Source: the human T2T-CHM13v2.0 reference genome, Homo sapiens. From it: a stretch of 64,000 nucleotides of DNA. Shown in pieces: positions 44,385-61,300 of this stretch. Numbering within the stretch: the first letter of the stretch is position 1; the number at the start of each line of letters is the position of its first letter. The stretch lies in NCBI RefSeq assembly GCF_009914755.1, contig NC_060934.1. One strand, given 5' to 3'. The notes below the pieces were generated by a model that was not told where the DNA came from, did no database searches, and saw only the letters and a list, made by a program, of their open reading frames with translations. A program made the position numbers and the translations under genes.

Positions 44385-44596
44385 ATGTGCTATGCATAGA
44401 CCTTTAGCCTTTAGCCACATGTAACTATGTAAATTTAAATTAAGTCAAATTAAAATTAAATTAAATTTAAAATTCAGATTCTCAGTCACACTAATCACAC
44501 TTAATAGTCTATTAATAGTCTCATGTGGCTAGTGGCTACAATATTGAACAAAGCAGGTATTCCATCACTGAAGAAATGTATATTAAACAATGCTGG
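44385..44596 (-). mobile_element. MER3 (hAT-Charlie MITE)
   Basis: tagccacatg / catgtggctagtggctac palindromic motifs, AT-rich ttaaa core, ttccatcactgaagaaa...caatgctg end. Confidence 0.85.
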
Positions 44597-44704
44597 TATG
44601 CATTTGAAATTTGTTTCCTTAAAACTACTGAACCAAGGAACCATAGGTTAAACTAATACAACCATAAAGAATACAATAAAATATTATAACTAAAAGTGAT
44701 CTAG

Positions 44705-44890
44705 ATTCATTCTTTCATTTGTTTTGTATGGTTTAGTGCATACGTATTAAGTGCCTACTATGTGCCAGGCATTGTACTTGAAGTAAGAGATTAATTAGCA
44801 AAATATACATGATTTCTGACCTCACTGATCTTAAAACCTGGAGGGAATACAGATAATATAACATGCAGTTTCAACAGAATGTGATTATTT
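44705..44890 (-). mobile_element. L2 3' end
   Basis: ttcattctttcatt ... aagtgcctactatgtgccaggcattgt. Confidence 0.75.
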
Positions 44891-45175
44891 GCTATTACCT
44901 CTAATTTTGTCGGAATCACAGTAAATGGAAACTCTCTTGCATTTGCACATGCAGAAAGGGGCAGACATGTCTGTTCCTGAGAAGCTGCAATCTTTCTGGG
45001 TCACATAAACCATCATGCTAACTACAGGAAAGTTTCCTTCCAGAAATTTCCATAGGTTTTTAAGATGTGAATTTAGCAGCCAGCATTTAAATGTTTTTAC
45101 CTCACATATATTCAAATATGAGTTTTTCAAACATGAGAGCACATTTTGTAAATCGTAATAAGAAATAAGTAAATA

Positions 45176-45486
<311 letters not shown>

Positions 45487-46001
45487 TTAGGCAGACTTTA
45501 TGATACAGTCAAAGCTATCTTGTATCTAGGGACATCAGAGAAAAGAGCAGGTATTGAAAATCTCAAAGAAAGAGCTTGAAAATTGAGCTGAACAATTCTC
45601 AGATGAGGCAGCACCAGTTCTAAGCAAGGACTTTGGTGGTTAGTGGGCTGGATCTTGATTACTCTCTCCTGACATTATTTTAAGATCTAACTCCTACAGA
45701 CAGTTCAGGAGAAAGAACAAGGGAATACCCACATAAAAGCAAAAGTTTATCTGTCAAGATTCTTAATGTTACTTTACACTTCTCCCTCTTTGAGAAAATA
45801 ATAATTCTTTCTGATGAGAAATAATGGAAATGTATTTTTAAAAATATTTTTCTAGAGACAGGGTCTTGCTCTGCAATGCAGGCTGCAGAGCAGTGATGCA
45901 ATCTTATAGCTCACTATAACTTGGAACTCCTGGACTCAAGAGATCCTCCCTCCTCAGCCTCCTGAGTAGCTAGGAGTATAGGCATGCACCACCACACTTA
46001 G

Positions 46002-46289
<288 letters not shown>

Positions 46290-46328
46290 TATTTTTTCAT
46301 GTTTTGTAGAAACATGGTCTCACTATGT

Positions 46329-46517
46329 GACAATCAATGAACCAACACTGACATGTCTGTATCAACCAAAGTTCACAGTTTACATTAAGGTTCACTGTGT
46401 TTAAACTCTATGGGTTTTGACAAATGTATGATGTCATGTAACTACCATTATAGGCTCATACAGAATATTTTCCCTAAAGTAAAATTCCCCTGTGCTTCAC
46501 CTAGACAGCCCTCCCTC
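46329..46517 (-). mobile_element. L1MC-type 3' UTR fragment inside AluJ
   Basis: caatgaaccaacactgaca ... agtttacattaaggttcac ... gacaaatgtatgatg is homologous to the L1MC1-like copy at ~18960-19150. Confidence 0.85.
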
Positions 46518-46691
46518 CTGGTCTCAAACTCCTGTCCTCAAGTGATCCTGCCATCTCGGTCACTCAAACTGCTGGGATTATAGGACTGAACCAATGCACC
46601 GGGGTTGAATATGCTTGAATAAAAAATAGTAACCTGAAATTTAAGTATGTCAAGCATAACATTTCCAGAAACAAATCTTCCATGGGCTAAT

Positions 46692-46693
<2 letters not shown>

Positions 46694-46724
<31 letters not shown>
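46694..46724. repeat. (TG)15 microsatellite
   Basis: Seen directly. Confidence 0.95.
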
Positions 46725-46726
<2 letters not shown>

Positions 46727-48944
46727 CTGTTTGGGGAGAGTTGACTCAATAGTCTTTATAATAAAAATAACTGAAATGTCTTTAAGTATGACATTTTCCA
46801 GTCAGCTATAAGTTCTATCATGCTTTATCAACTCTCAGTTGGCCCAGTTTGTATATACATGTAACCTACATGGCCCATTTAGTCTTTCAGTTTGCAATCT
46901 CTGATCTATAATGACTTTGCCTATTACCTTTGTTTATTTCTATAGAACATTTAGTGTGTGTTTTCAGTATGGCCTGGATCAAACATAAGGGAGCTTTCTG
47001 GACCTTATGAAACGATTTCTATCTTGGTCATCATTTTCCCCTAATGACTAGCATAATGCAACACATGATATGTATTTGTTACATCAATAAGTGAAGAATG
47101 AACAAATGCATGTTTAATAATAGTCATTGCATTTTAAGGACTTGTCATTATCGAGCCTTCATTATTTAATCTTATTATTGATTTAGACACTGTGGAGCTG
47201 GTTCTGATATGAGAGGATTTAATGTATGGGAAGGAAAACGTATGGCCCTTCTCATGCAAGCCAAGCTGCATGGCTCACTGTCCTGAAGCTGGATTTGAGA
47301 CGACCTCTGGATATAGGGAAGTCATGCAAAATGTCAAGGTGTTGGGATCCGGATCAGGATATAAAGAACAAACAAGTGTTCCCAAGTGAAGACTGGTTTC
47401 CAGCAGTGGCAAGATATTGGATTGTCAGTGGCTGGCATTTTTAATGGTATCAATTTTTGGAGTTACATATAAAAAGGGAATCTAACTATGATTTGTTAAA
47501 GGTGCTTTATTTTGCTTCCTATGCTCAGTGGGCATTTAGTTAGCGTTCTACCTAAGCACTATAAAGAAGAAAGGAGGAAAAAGCCTTACAAAACCAGAAG
47601 ACTCTGAGCATCTACATCTTACATGCAAAGCGATAAACTGTGGTTCTTCGGCTTAACTCAGCCTTTTCTATTCTGCTAACTAAATAGGCTAAAAATGCAC
47701 ACACAATTAGAGGGGCAAGTATTTTAAAGAGTATATAGTATAACATATTATAAAATATAATGTAAAAATCTTTACATTTTGTGAACAGAAAAATGTCCTA
47801 CAATCCCTGTCCACAATATTTTATTAGCATTATGCTTACCCTACTGAGGAGTCACAAAAATTGCTGTAATATTGCCTCCAAATGCTTGCTATCAATCTTC
47901 CGTCTTCAGTGAAATAGCACCAAAATAATGCAGATAACATTTTTTGCCTATCTAATTCGTTCTACCCCCATACCTTTCTCCTTCCAACACTCCTGCCCGG
48001 GCAGTTGCCCATAGTCACAATAAACTCAGGAGAATATGACCACAAAGCATGGTGTAATTTTTATAAATTTTTGAATTATTACTCTTTGACATAGTTTCAG
48101 AATTTGGACTTTGGCATTTTTATTTAAACTTATCACAAGCAGAGAAAGAGTTGGATCTGCTCTGCAATTAATCATCTCTGCGTTACATTTCCCACAAAAC
48201 AACGTTAAGAAACAAAGGAACAGAAGCCACGCTAACCCAGCCCTTGATGTGCAAATAATTGGCCTGGCCTGGCTTTTGTCATTGTGGATGGCAGTAGTCC
48301 CGACTAAGGTTTATTAATATATGCTCTCTAGACAAACAGAACACTGGAAGTCCTGCCCATCCCCAAGCCCTGTGAAATTCACAAAGCATGCCTCAGCTTT
48401 TCTTGCTCATTGCTTTTCAATGCAGCTTCCTCAGCATAAGGTCTCTTTGTCCAAAAATACTGATTTTGATCTTCCTACTTTTAAATACTGTAGAGTGCCT
48501 AAGGCTTGAAAACTACACATTTCTGTGCTCTTGGTTCAATATGCTCAGTGGGAGAAATTTATCATCGGAGTTGTTGCTGTTGGAGAAATACAGAGATCTC
48601 CTTTCCCCTCAGTCCCCAAAGCATCTGTTGCCTGGACTTTTGTTTGTATTAATGAAATATGCCATCTGCATTGTGCAGGCATTTACATTTCAGTAGGAAG
48701 CAGAGAAGGGAATCCCAATGAGGAATCCAGTAGCCATTATAAAACCCCTTTGTTCTCCTTCATGTAAAACTCAAAGACCAAATCCTCCTAAGCACCCGTG
48801 GCCACTGCCGTGGGCTTCATTTTAGAGCCAGGAAATGTCAAATTATAACAGACCATCATTTCACTGTGAGTTGCCTCAAAGGCCACTCTTCTATTTGGAC
48901 AAAAGATTGCACTCATGGTTTTTCTTCTGCCTTAATGGATGGCA

Positions 48945-49450
48945 GATTCGTCAGAACCTTTTTGGACACAAATGATAGAAACCCAACTGTATTAAGCTTC
49001 AACAACAAAGAGAATGTACTGCCGGTGCAACTGACAAATTCAAGGAATTGTACTGGATATTCAAGGAAATGTACTGCCAGTGCAACTGAGAAATTCAAGG
49101 AATGAATCCCCAGGTCTGACTGCCTCAAGGTGCTAAGTGATACTGTTAGGAATTAGTCTCTCCCTACCTCTCAGCTCAGCATTCCTTGCTTTGGGTTATA
49201 TTCAAGCAAATTCTCACCAAGTTTAATCCTCTTCCGCTGAATTTTACCTCCTCTGCTTTGCAGCCCTAGTTTGAAAGAAGTTCCTATTATCCACTAGTTC
49301 CAAAAGAAGTCTGGAAATTGAATATGTTTGGCTTGAAAGGTCTGGCTTTCGTCACCTTCCTTCTCCTGAAACAGTGTTTCTAGCCAAGGGAAATACTTCA
49401 GCCTCATGGCAGACCAGTCACCTCTCACCTCAGGATCTGGAGTGTGGGAA
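48945..49450 (-). mobile_element. Old MaLR LTR (MLT1K/L-like)
   Basis: gtcagaacctttttggacacaaatgatagaaacccaact..taagctt matches the antisense 3' end of old MLT1 LTRs. Confidence 0.65.
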
Positions 49451-50263
49451 CTGCTCTACTGTACACACGTGGACTGAGACTGGAGAACAGTAAAGGAACA
49501 TAAGTGTGATGTTCCCAGAAAAGAAAAAAAAAGCATGTTTAACAGGCCAGAGCCAGAGATGTCCATTCCAGGGAGGGATGGCTGAAAGACCTTCCAGGAT
49601 TTGGCAATTTGGAAAAGTACTTAGCCTCACATGATCCTGGTATGAAAGAGCTCCCTTTTTTGCTCTGCCATCCTTTACCAAATTCCCTAAGGAGTGCAGG
49701 AAAGTTATGTCTAGATCCACACGTACTGCTTATCTTTTTCAGAGACACGTGAGGTTCTAAGTTATAGGAAAGAACAGGTCAGCAGTTTGTTGCCAGAGGT
49801 AAGAAACAAAGAGCTGGCAAGTGTGAAACAACCTTAGTTGTGTGGGAAATAGGATCTGGAAGAACTGAACTAGAGGAGCCAAGAATGACCTGAATGCCTG
49901 TGGTATATTCAGAAGAATCAACAGGAGAAAGAAACACTGGCCAGAAAGTCTAATTTTATTTCTCAATAATCAACATATATTTGAAAAGTGCACGAAAATT
50001 GTAATACTGATAATACTGATACCGATCATAATACTCAAACAGTTAACATGTATTCAGCAAGTAGTGAGTTAATAACTGTGTTTAGCACTTAACATATCTA
50101 GCCTAAATGAAGAAATGAGTTCTGGGGGCGAACACAGATGTGGCTCCAATGAACTGTCTGGAGGGTCAGGAGAGCCTCAGGACAGAACATGGTGTCTCAG
50201 TTAAGATATGAAAGGCAAGTAGAAGTCAGAGTGAAAGGAAGGCTGATCTAAAGGCAAACAGAG

Positions 50264-50808
50264 TGTATTAGGGTTCTCTACAGGGACAGAACTAATAGGA
50301 TAGATGTATATATGAAGGAAGTTTATTAAGGAGTATTGACTCACACGATCATAAGGCGAAGTCCCACAACAGGCCATCTGCAAGGTGAGGAGCAAGGAAG
50401 CTAGTCCCAGTCCCAAAACGTCAGAAGTCGAGAAGCCGACAGTGCAGCCTTCAGTCTGTGGCTGAAGGCCCGAGTGCCCCTGGCAAATCACTGGTATAAG
50501 TCCAACAGTCCAAAAGCTGAAGAACTTTGAGTCTGATGTTCGAGGGCAGGATGCACCCAGCATGGGAGAAAGATGGAGGCCGGAAGACTCAGCCAGTCTA
50601 CTCCTTCCATATTCCTCTGCCTGCTTTTATCCTAGCCATGCTGGCAGCTGATTAGATGATGCCCACCCAGATTGAGGGTGGGTCTGCCTCTCCCAGTACA
50701 CTGACTCAAATGTTAATCTCCTTTGGCAACACCCTCCCAGACACACCCAGGAACAATACTTTTCATCTTTCATTCCCATCAAGTTGACACTCAATATTAA
50801 CCATCACA
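50264..50808 (-). mobile_element. MLT2A (MLT2A2-like) solo LTR of HERV-L
   Basis: TG...CA termini, tgtattagggttctcta.agggacagaactaatagg through caagttgacactcaatattaaccatcaca, 545 bp. Partial TSD cagag/cagca. Confidence 0.92.
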
Positions 50809-53173
50809 CAGCACATATAAAAAGTTCTTGTGGTAGGTCTGAGAATGTAGTGATCAGGAAGGAAAGGGTAATTCTTGATGGCTGAAGCACCACATGAGAA
50901 GGGTGCAAAGAAGGGAGAGAAGCATAAAAAATAGTCCAGGAAGTTAGGAAGGCAGAAAACACATTCATAAGCTAGACTGGATTTGGACTTCCGTGGACCT
51001 CCCAGAGCTGATCAAAGGAAGAGATGGTTATGTCTCTGCTGGTGGGTGAAGAAAATGAGAAGTTTGGATGAGGATCTCCTTGTCAAATATTCTCAAAATT
51101 CTGAATACTAGGTACATTCAGATGATACAAATGAGACTCACTCTTAAGAGTGTATTATATTGAACAGACTTGACCATCATTCCAAATTTGGCAAAAGCAA
51201 GATGCTTTTCCCCAATAGTAATCATGCGATAAGTTAATCAATTTATCTACAGGTTGAGTATCTCATTCTGGTATTTCCCAAATGTAGAACAGTGCTAGCA
51301 TATCACAAGCTCAGTAAATGTTTGTTAAATAGATGTTATGAACAGATGAGTATTAAATGCCTTTTATTTTGGGTCAAACCAGACCTGACAACTACCTATT
51401 TATTCTGCATTTATTTATCTCCTGAAGAAGTGCTTTTCTTTTACAAACTATATATCTAAATATTGAATGGCATTATAACAAAAAACTATTATATCTATTA
51501 AATATCTTTGGGGATGGCTTTTGTAGAATCACCAAGGAAAAATCACACTCAGCTCTCAGTATCAGGAATAAAGATTCTCCTTTTTAACCATATTTTCAAT
51601 CAAATTAAAATTATCAATCCTAGAAATATATGTGTACTATATAGACTGAATGTTTATGCCCTCCCCTCCCAAATTCATATGTTTAAACCTTATACCTGGC
51701 ATGATGGTGTTTAGAGCAGGGCCTTGAGGAGCTCATCAGGTCTTGGGGGCAGAACCTTCGTAAATGGGATTAATACCCTGACAAAAGAAGCCCCAGAGAT
51801 CTCTCTCATCCCTTCTGCCATGTGAGGATACAAAGAGAAAATGGCCATTTATGTACAAGGAAGCAGGCCCTCACCAGATACCTAATCTACTAGTGAAGTG
51901 ATTTGGGGCTCAAGGTCCCAGCCTCCAGGACTTCGAGAAATAATTTTTTGTTGTTTAAAAGCCACCCAGTTATGGCATTCTGTTATAGTAGCCCAAACAG
52001 ACTAAGACAGGAAACTGTTACCCAGAACTAGGAGTGCTGCTATCCCAAACACCTAACAATGTCCAGGTGACTTTGAAACTGGGCAATGGGTAGAGGCTAG
52101 AAGTGTTTGGAAGTGCCTGCTAGAAAAAGCCTACATTGCTGTAAAGAACCTTTAAAAGTGATTCTGGGTAGAAATCTCAGAAAAAAAGAAGAGATGCAGA
52201 GAAAGCCTCAATCTTAGAAAATACCTATGTAATCCTGAAATTAGGAATATGAATGGCAAAGGTCATTCTGATGAGGTCTCAGACAGAAATAAGGAACATA
52301 TTACTAGACAGTGGAGGAAGGTAATCTTTGTTATAAAGTGGCAGATAACTTGGATGAATGGATTTTGTGTTTCAGTGCTTTGTGGAAGGTAGAATTTGTG
52401 AGCAAGGCAATCGGATACTAGGCTGAGGAAATCTTTAAACAAAGCACTGAAGGAGTGGCTTGGCTCCTCCTGACTGCTTATAGTTAAGTGTGAAAGAAAT
52501 GAGGTAACATCAGCAAAATAGTGGAATAAGAGCTCACCTAATTGTATCTCCCACAGCAACAATAATTTTTCAGCCACCCACAGACAAAATAGCCTTTGTG
52601 GGAACCTTGGATTAATTTAGGAGGTTGTGAAATTCCAGGGGAGCCCGATATTCAGTAGGGCCATTTTGAGAGGGCCAACTCATGCCCAGATGGCAGACTT
52701 GGTGATCATGGTTCTGACTGCAGACCTGGAAATGGCTTTATCCTCTTGTGGACTCAGCTATGGCCCCATTTTCTCTTGGTCTTATTATAAAAATCATCAG
52801 CAAAGAGGCCCAGAAAAATTCATGCACACTAGTACATTGGCAGACAGGCCAGCCAAAGTTGAGTCTGGATGTAGACCCTGAAACAGCTCTGAAACCCAGT
52901 TTTAGACACTCTTAGCTGTGGACAGAGAGGAGGCCTTCTCATCCACGAACGCAGAGGGAGAAATGCCTGCCTGAGTCCCCAGGGTAGGCTTGCCAAACTC
53001 AGCCCTACAGCAGATCTTGAAATGGCACTAAAACTCAGCTACAACCCCTCTGAGCTGTTGGTTGTGAGCAATCCTACATGCCCAGGCATCTGGAGGGAAA
53101 CACACTTATCTATGATCCTAGAGACAGGACTGCAGACCTTAGTCTCAGCTGTATATCCTGAAGCATCCTTGCA

Positions 53174-55647
53174 TGTACTGGGCTGTCCTTGCATTCCTAT
53201 AAAGAAGTACCTGAGACTGGATAATTTATAAAGAAAAGATGTTTAATTGGCTCACTGTGCTGCAGGCTTTACAGAAAGCATGGTGCTGGCATCTGCTTGG
53301 CTTCTGGTGAAGCCTCAAGGAGCTTTCAATCATGGTAGAAGGCAAAGGAGGAACAGGCATATCACATGGCAAAAGCAGAAGCAAACAAGAGAGTAGTGGT
53401 GAGGTGCCACACACTTTTAAATGACCAGATCTCAAAAGAACTCACCCACTACCATGAAGACAGCACCAAGCCATCAGGAATCTACCCTTATGACTCAAAT
53501 ACCTCCCACCAGGCCCCACCTCAAACATTGGGGATTACAATTCAACATGAGATTCAGGCAGGAAGAAAAATCCACACTATATCATTCCACCCCAGTCCCT
53601 CTCAAATCTCATGTCCTTCTCATATTGCAAAATATGATCATGCCTTCACAACAGTCCCCCCGTCTTAACTCATTCTAGCATCAACTCAAAAGTCCAAAAC
53701 CCAAAGTCTTATCTGAGACAAAGGAAATCCCTTCTACTTATGAGCCTGTAACATAAAAAAAACAAATTTGTTACTTCCAAGATTCAATGAGTGTATAGGC
53801 ATTGGATAAACATTCTCATTCCAAAAGGGAGAAGTCAGCCAAAAGAAAGGGGCTACAGGCTTTATGCAAGTTTGAAACCAGCAAGGCAGTCATTAAATCT
53901 TAAAGCTCCAAAATAATCTTCTTTCACTCCTTGTCCCACATCCATGGGGGTGATGGTGCAACAGGTGAGCTTCCAAAACCCTGGGCAGCTCTACCCTTGT
54001 GGCTTTGCAGGGTTCAGCCTGAGGCTGCTCTCACAGTGTGTTGAGTGCCTGAGACTTTTCCAGGGGCATGGTGCAAGCTGCCAGTGGATCAACCATTCTG
54101 GGGTCTGATGGGTGGTAGCCCCCTTCTCACAGATCCACTAGGCAGTGCCACAGTGAGGACTCCGTGGGGGGCCTCTAACCACAGATTTCCCCTCTGTGCT
54201 GCCCTAGTAGAGGTTCTCTGTGAGGGTTACACCCCTGCAGCAGGCTTCTACCTGGGCACCTAGGCTTTCTCACACATCCTCCAAAATCTAGACAGAGGCC
54301 AAGCCTCCTTTACTCATACACTCTGTGAATCTGCAGGCTTAACACTACATGGAAGCCACCAAGGCGTATGACTTGCACCCTTTGAAGCAGTAGCCTGAGC
54401 TATATCTGGGGCCCTCTGAGCCAAGGATGGAGCCAGAGGGGCTGGGATGTGGGGAGCAGCATCCCAATGGTGTGGAGTACAGTGAGGCCCTGGGCCCTGC
54501 CCCTGAAACCATTCTTTCCACTTAGACCTCTGGGCCTATGATGAGAAGGGCTGCCACAAACCTCTCTGAAATACCTTTTCCCCATTCTCTGGGATATTAA
54601 CACTTGGCTCCCTTTTAGTTATGCAAATTTCTCTAGCAAGCGGTTGCTACGTAGCCTGCTTGAATTCCTCTCCTGAGAAAGCTTATCCTTTCTGTGTCAC
54701 GTGGCTAGGCTGCAGATTTTCTAAACTTTTACATTCTGTTTCCTGCTTAAATATAACATCCAACTTTAAGTCATTTCTTTGCTCCTGCATCTGATAGGTA
54801 GGCTATTAGAAGCAGCCAGGACATATCTTGAATACTTTGCTGCTTAGAAATTTCTTCTGCCAGATACCCTAGGTCATCACCCTCAATTCCAAACTTCCAC
54901 AGATCTTTAGGACATAGATCACAATACAGCCAACTTCTTCAGCAAGGTATAACAAGGGTTCAGTTTCTTTGCTTCAGTTCCCAAAAGCTCCTAATTTCCA
55001 TCTGAAACCTCGGCAGCCTGAACTTCACTGTCCATATCACTAACAGCATTTTGGTCACAACCATTTAAATAGTCTGTAGGAAGTTCCAAACTGTCCCTCA
55101 TCTTTCTTTTTTATTCTAAGCCCTCCAGATTTTTTCAACCTCTGCTAGTTACCCAGTTTCAAAGTTGCTTCTAGATTTTCAGGTATCTTTATAGCAATAC
55201 CCAACTCATTAGTACCGATTTTCTATATTAGGCCATTCTTATATTGCTATAAAGAAATACCTAAGACAAGGTAATTTATAAATAAAAAAGGTTTAATTGG
55301 CTCACAGTTCTTCATGCTTAATAGAAAGTATGGTGCAGGCATTTGCCCAGCTTCCGGTGAAGCCTCAGGGAGCTTTCAATCATGGTGGAAGGCAAAGGGG
55401 GAATAGGCATGTCACATGGCAAACACAAGAGCAAGCTAGAGAGTTGGGGAGGAGGGGCTACAGACTTTTAAATGACTAGATCTCATGAGAACTCACTCAT
55501 TATCACAAAGATAGCATCAAGCCATGAGGGATCCACCCTCATAACCAAAACCTCCCACCAACTCCCCCCACCCCCACCACCACCACTGCATTGGGGATTA
55601 CAATTCAACGTGAGATTTCAGTGGTGACAAATATCCAAACTATATCA
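53174..55647 (-). mobile_element. Complete MSTA-type MaLR provirus: 5' LTR 55224-55647, internal 53585-55223, 3' LTR 53174-53584
   Basis: Two homologous ~410-425-bp LTRs ending actatatca on the + strand, with a ~1.64-kb internal region starting gaaaatcggtac on the - strand. TSD ttgca/ttgtg. Confidence 0.92.
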
Positions 55648-57459
55648 TTGTGACTTGGTTTTAGTCCCTTTAAGCCATGGCTGGGGTCAGGACTGCCTGC
55701 CCAGGTACATATTCAGTGACCTAGGAGGAGCCCTCCCAGGGACCTGGAGGAAGTCACTCCCAGTTGTGCAACTGGTAACAGGCCTGCTGTCTGCATACCT
55801 TCAAGTGGTTCTTCATCCCAGTGCCAGCCCTACTGGCCAAGGTACTAATGGTATCTTGTCCACCAAGAGGTCAGACAAAAGCCATGCCTACCAGAGACAC
55901 TGGTAACAGGCCTGCCAACTGTGGGTCCCCTCGTGGACTCATGTGATCCAGCTCAATCGCCACAAGACTGCAATCCTATAGGCAATCCCATCAGCTCAGA
56001 GTCTCAACATGAGGAGGCTTTTCCTGCCAAAACTAGTCTGTAAAGACTAGAAGCGGTATTTGCTCCTGCAAATGCATAGCCATCAATGCAAGGCTACAGC
56101 GATAACAACAAATCAGGCAAACATGACACCACCAAAGGAAACTATGAACATTCTATAATTGACTCCAAAGAAATGGAGATCTACAAATTTCCTTAAAAAA
56201 GAATAAAAAATAATCATCTTAAGAAGCTCAATGAAATGTAAGAAAACATAGACAATTTGATGAAATCAGAACAATGCATGAACAAAATAAAAAGTTTAAT
56301 AAAGAAATATAAACCATAATAAAGAATCAAACAGAAATCCTAGAGCTGAAGGATAAAATGACAATATTAAAAAATTCAACAGACAACTTTAACAGCAGAC
56401 TCCACTATGCAGAAGAAATAATTAGTGAATTCAAAGACAGGCCATTTGAAATTAGCCAAGTCCAGGACCAAAAAGATAAAAAGATTTTTAAAAGTTGAAG
56501 AAAGCATTAGGGACCTATGGGACAAAAATCAATTGTACAAATATATAAACTGTGTGATTTCTGGAAGGAGAAAGGAGAGAGAGTAAGAGACAGAGAATTA
56601 TTTAAAGAAACACTTGCTGAAAACTATCCAGACCTTTGGAGAAATATGAGTATTCAGATTCATGAAATTTAAAGGATCCCAACTAAGATCAACCTAAAGA
56701 AGAAACTCCAGGACACATTATAAATGAATTATTAAAAGTCAAAGACAAAGAAAATCCTGAAAGCAGCAAGAGAAAAGAGACTTGTCACATATAAGAAAAT
56801 CTGCATAAGGTTAACAGCAGACATCTCAACAGAAGCCTTTCAGGCCAAAATGGAGTAAGGTAATATATTCAAAATGTCAAAAGAAAAACTGCCAACTAAC
56901 AATATTATACTCAGCAACTGTAATGCTAAAGGGATTCTTTCAATTTGAAAGAAAAGAGTTATTTCTGTTTCATGTAACAACATGAAAACATATTAAAGTA
57001 TAAAGCTCACTGGTAAGCTTAAGTATGTAGTCAAATTCGGAATATCCTAATATTATAATGGTGGCTTGCAAATCACTTTTAACCCTAGTATAAAAGTTAA
57101 AAAGCATAAAAAAAAACTATAGCTATAATAATTTGTTAATGAACACACAATATAAAAAGATGAAAATGTGCTATCAATTTTATAAAAAAATGGGAAATGG
57201 GGCAGTACAAACATAGAGTTCTTGTATGCAAAATAAGGTAATTTGTTATCAGCTAAACTAAAATATTATAATTTTAGGATGTTTTACGTATGTTCCATGG
57301 TAAGGTAACCAGAAAGGAAGAAATCTCTAGTAGATACACAAACCATAAAAAGAAAGAAAACAAAGCATACCAATACAAAAATTCAACAAATCACAAAGGA
57401 AAACAGCAAGAGTGGAAGAAAGAAACAAAGGAACTACAAAATTGTAGACAATTAAAAAA

Positions 57460-61300
<3,841 letters not shown>

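Noticed and set aside
49013-49103. CRISPR-like repeat-spacer-repeat
   Set aside because: Only two units, the spacer derives from the repeat, the context is a eukaryotic LTR, and there are no cas genes.
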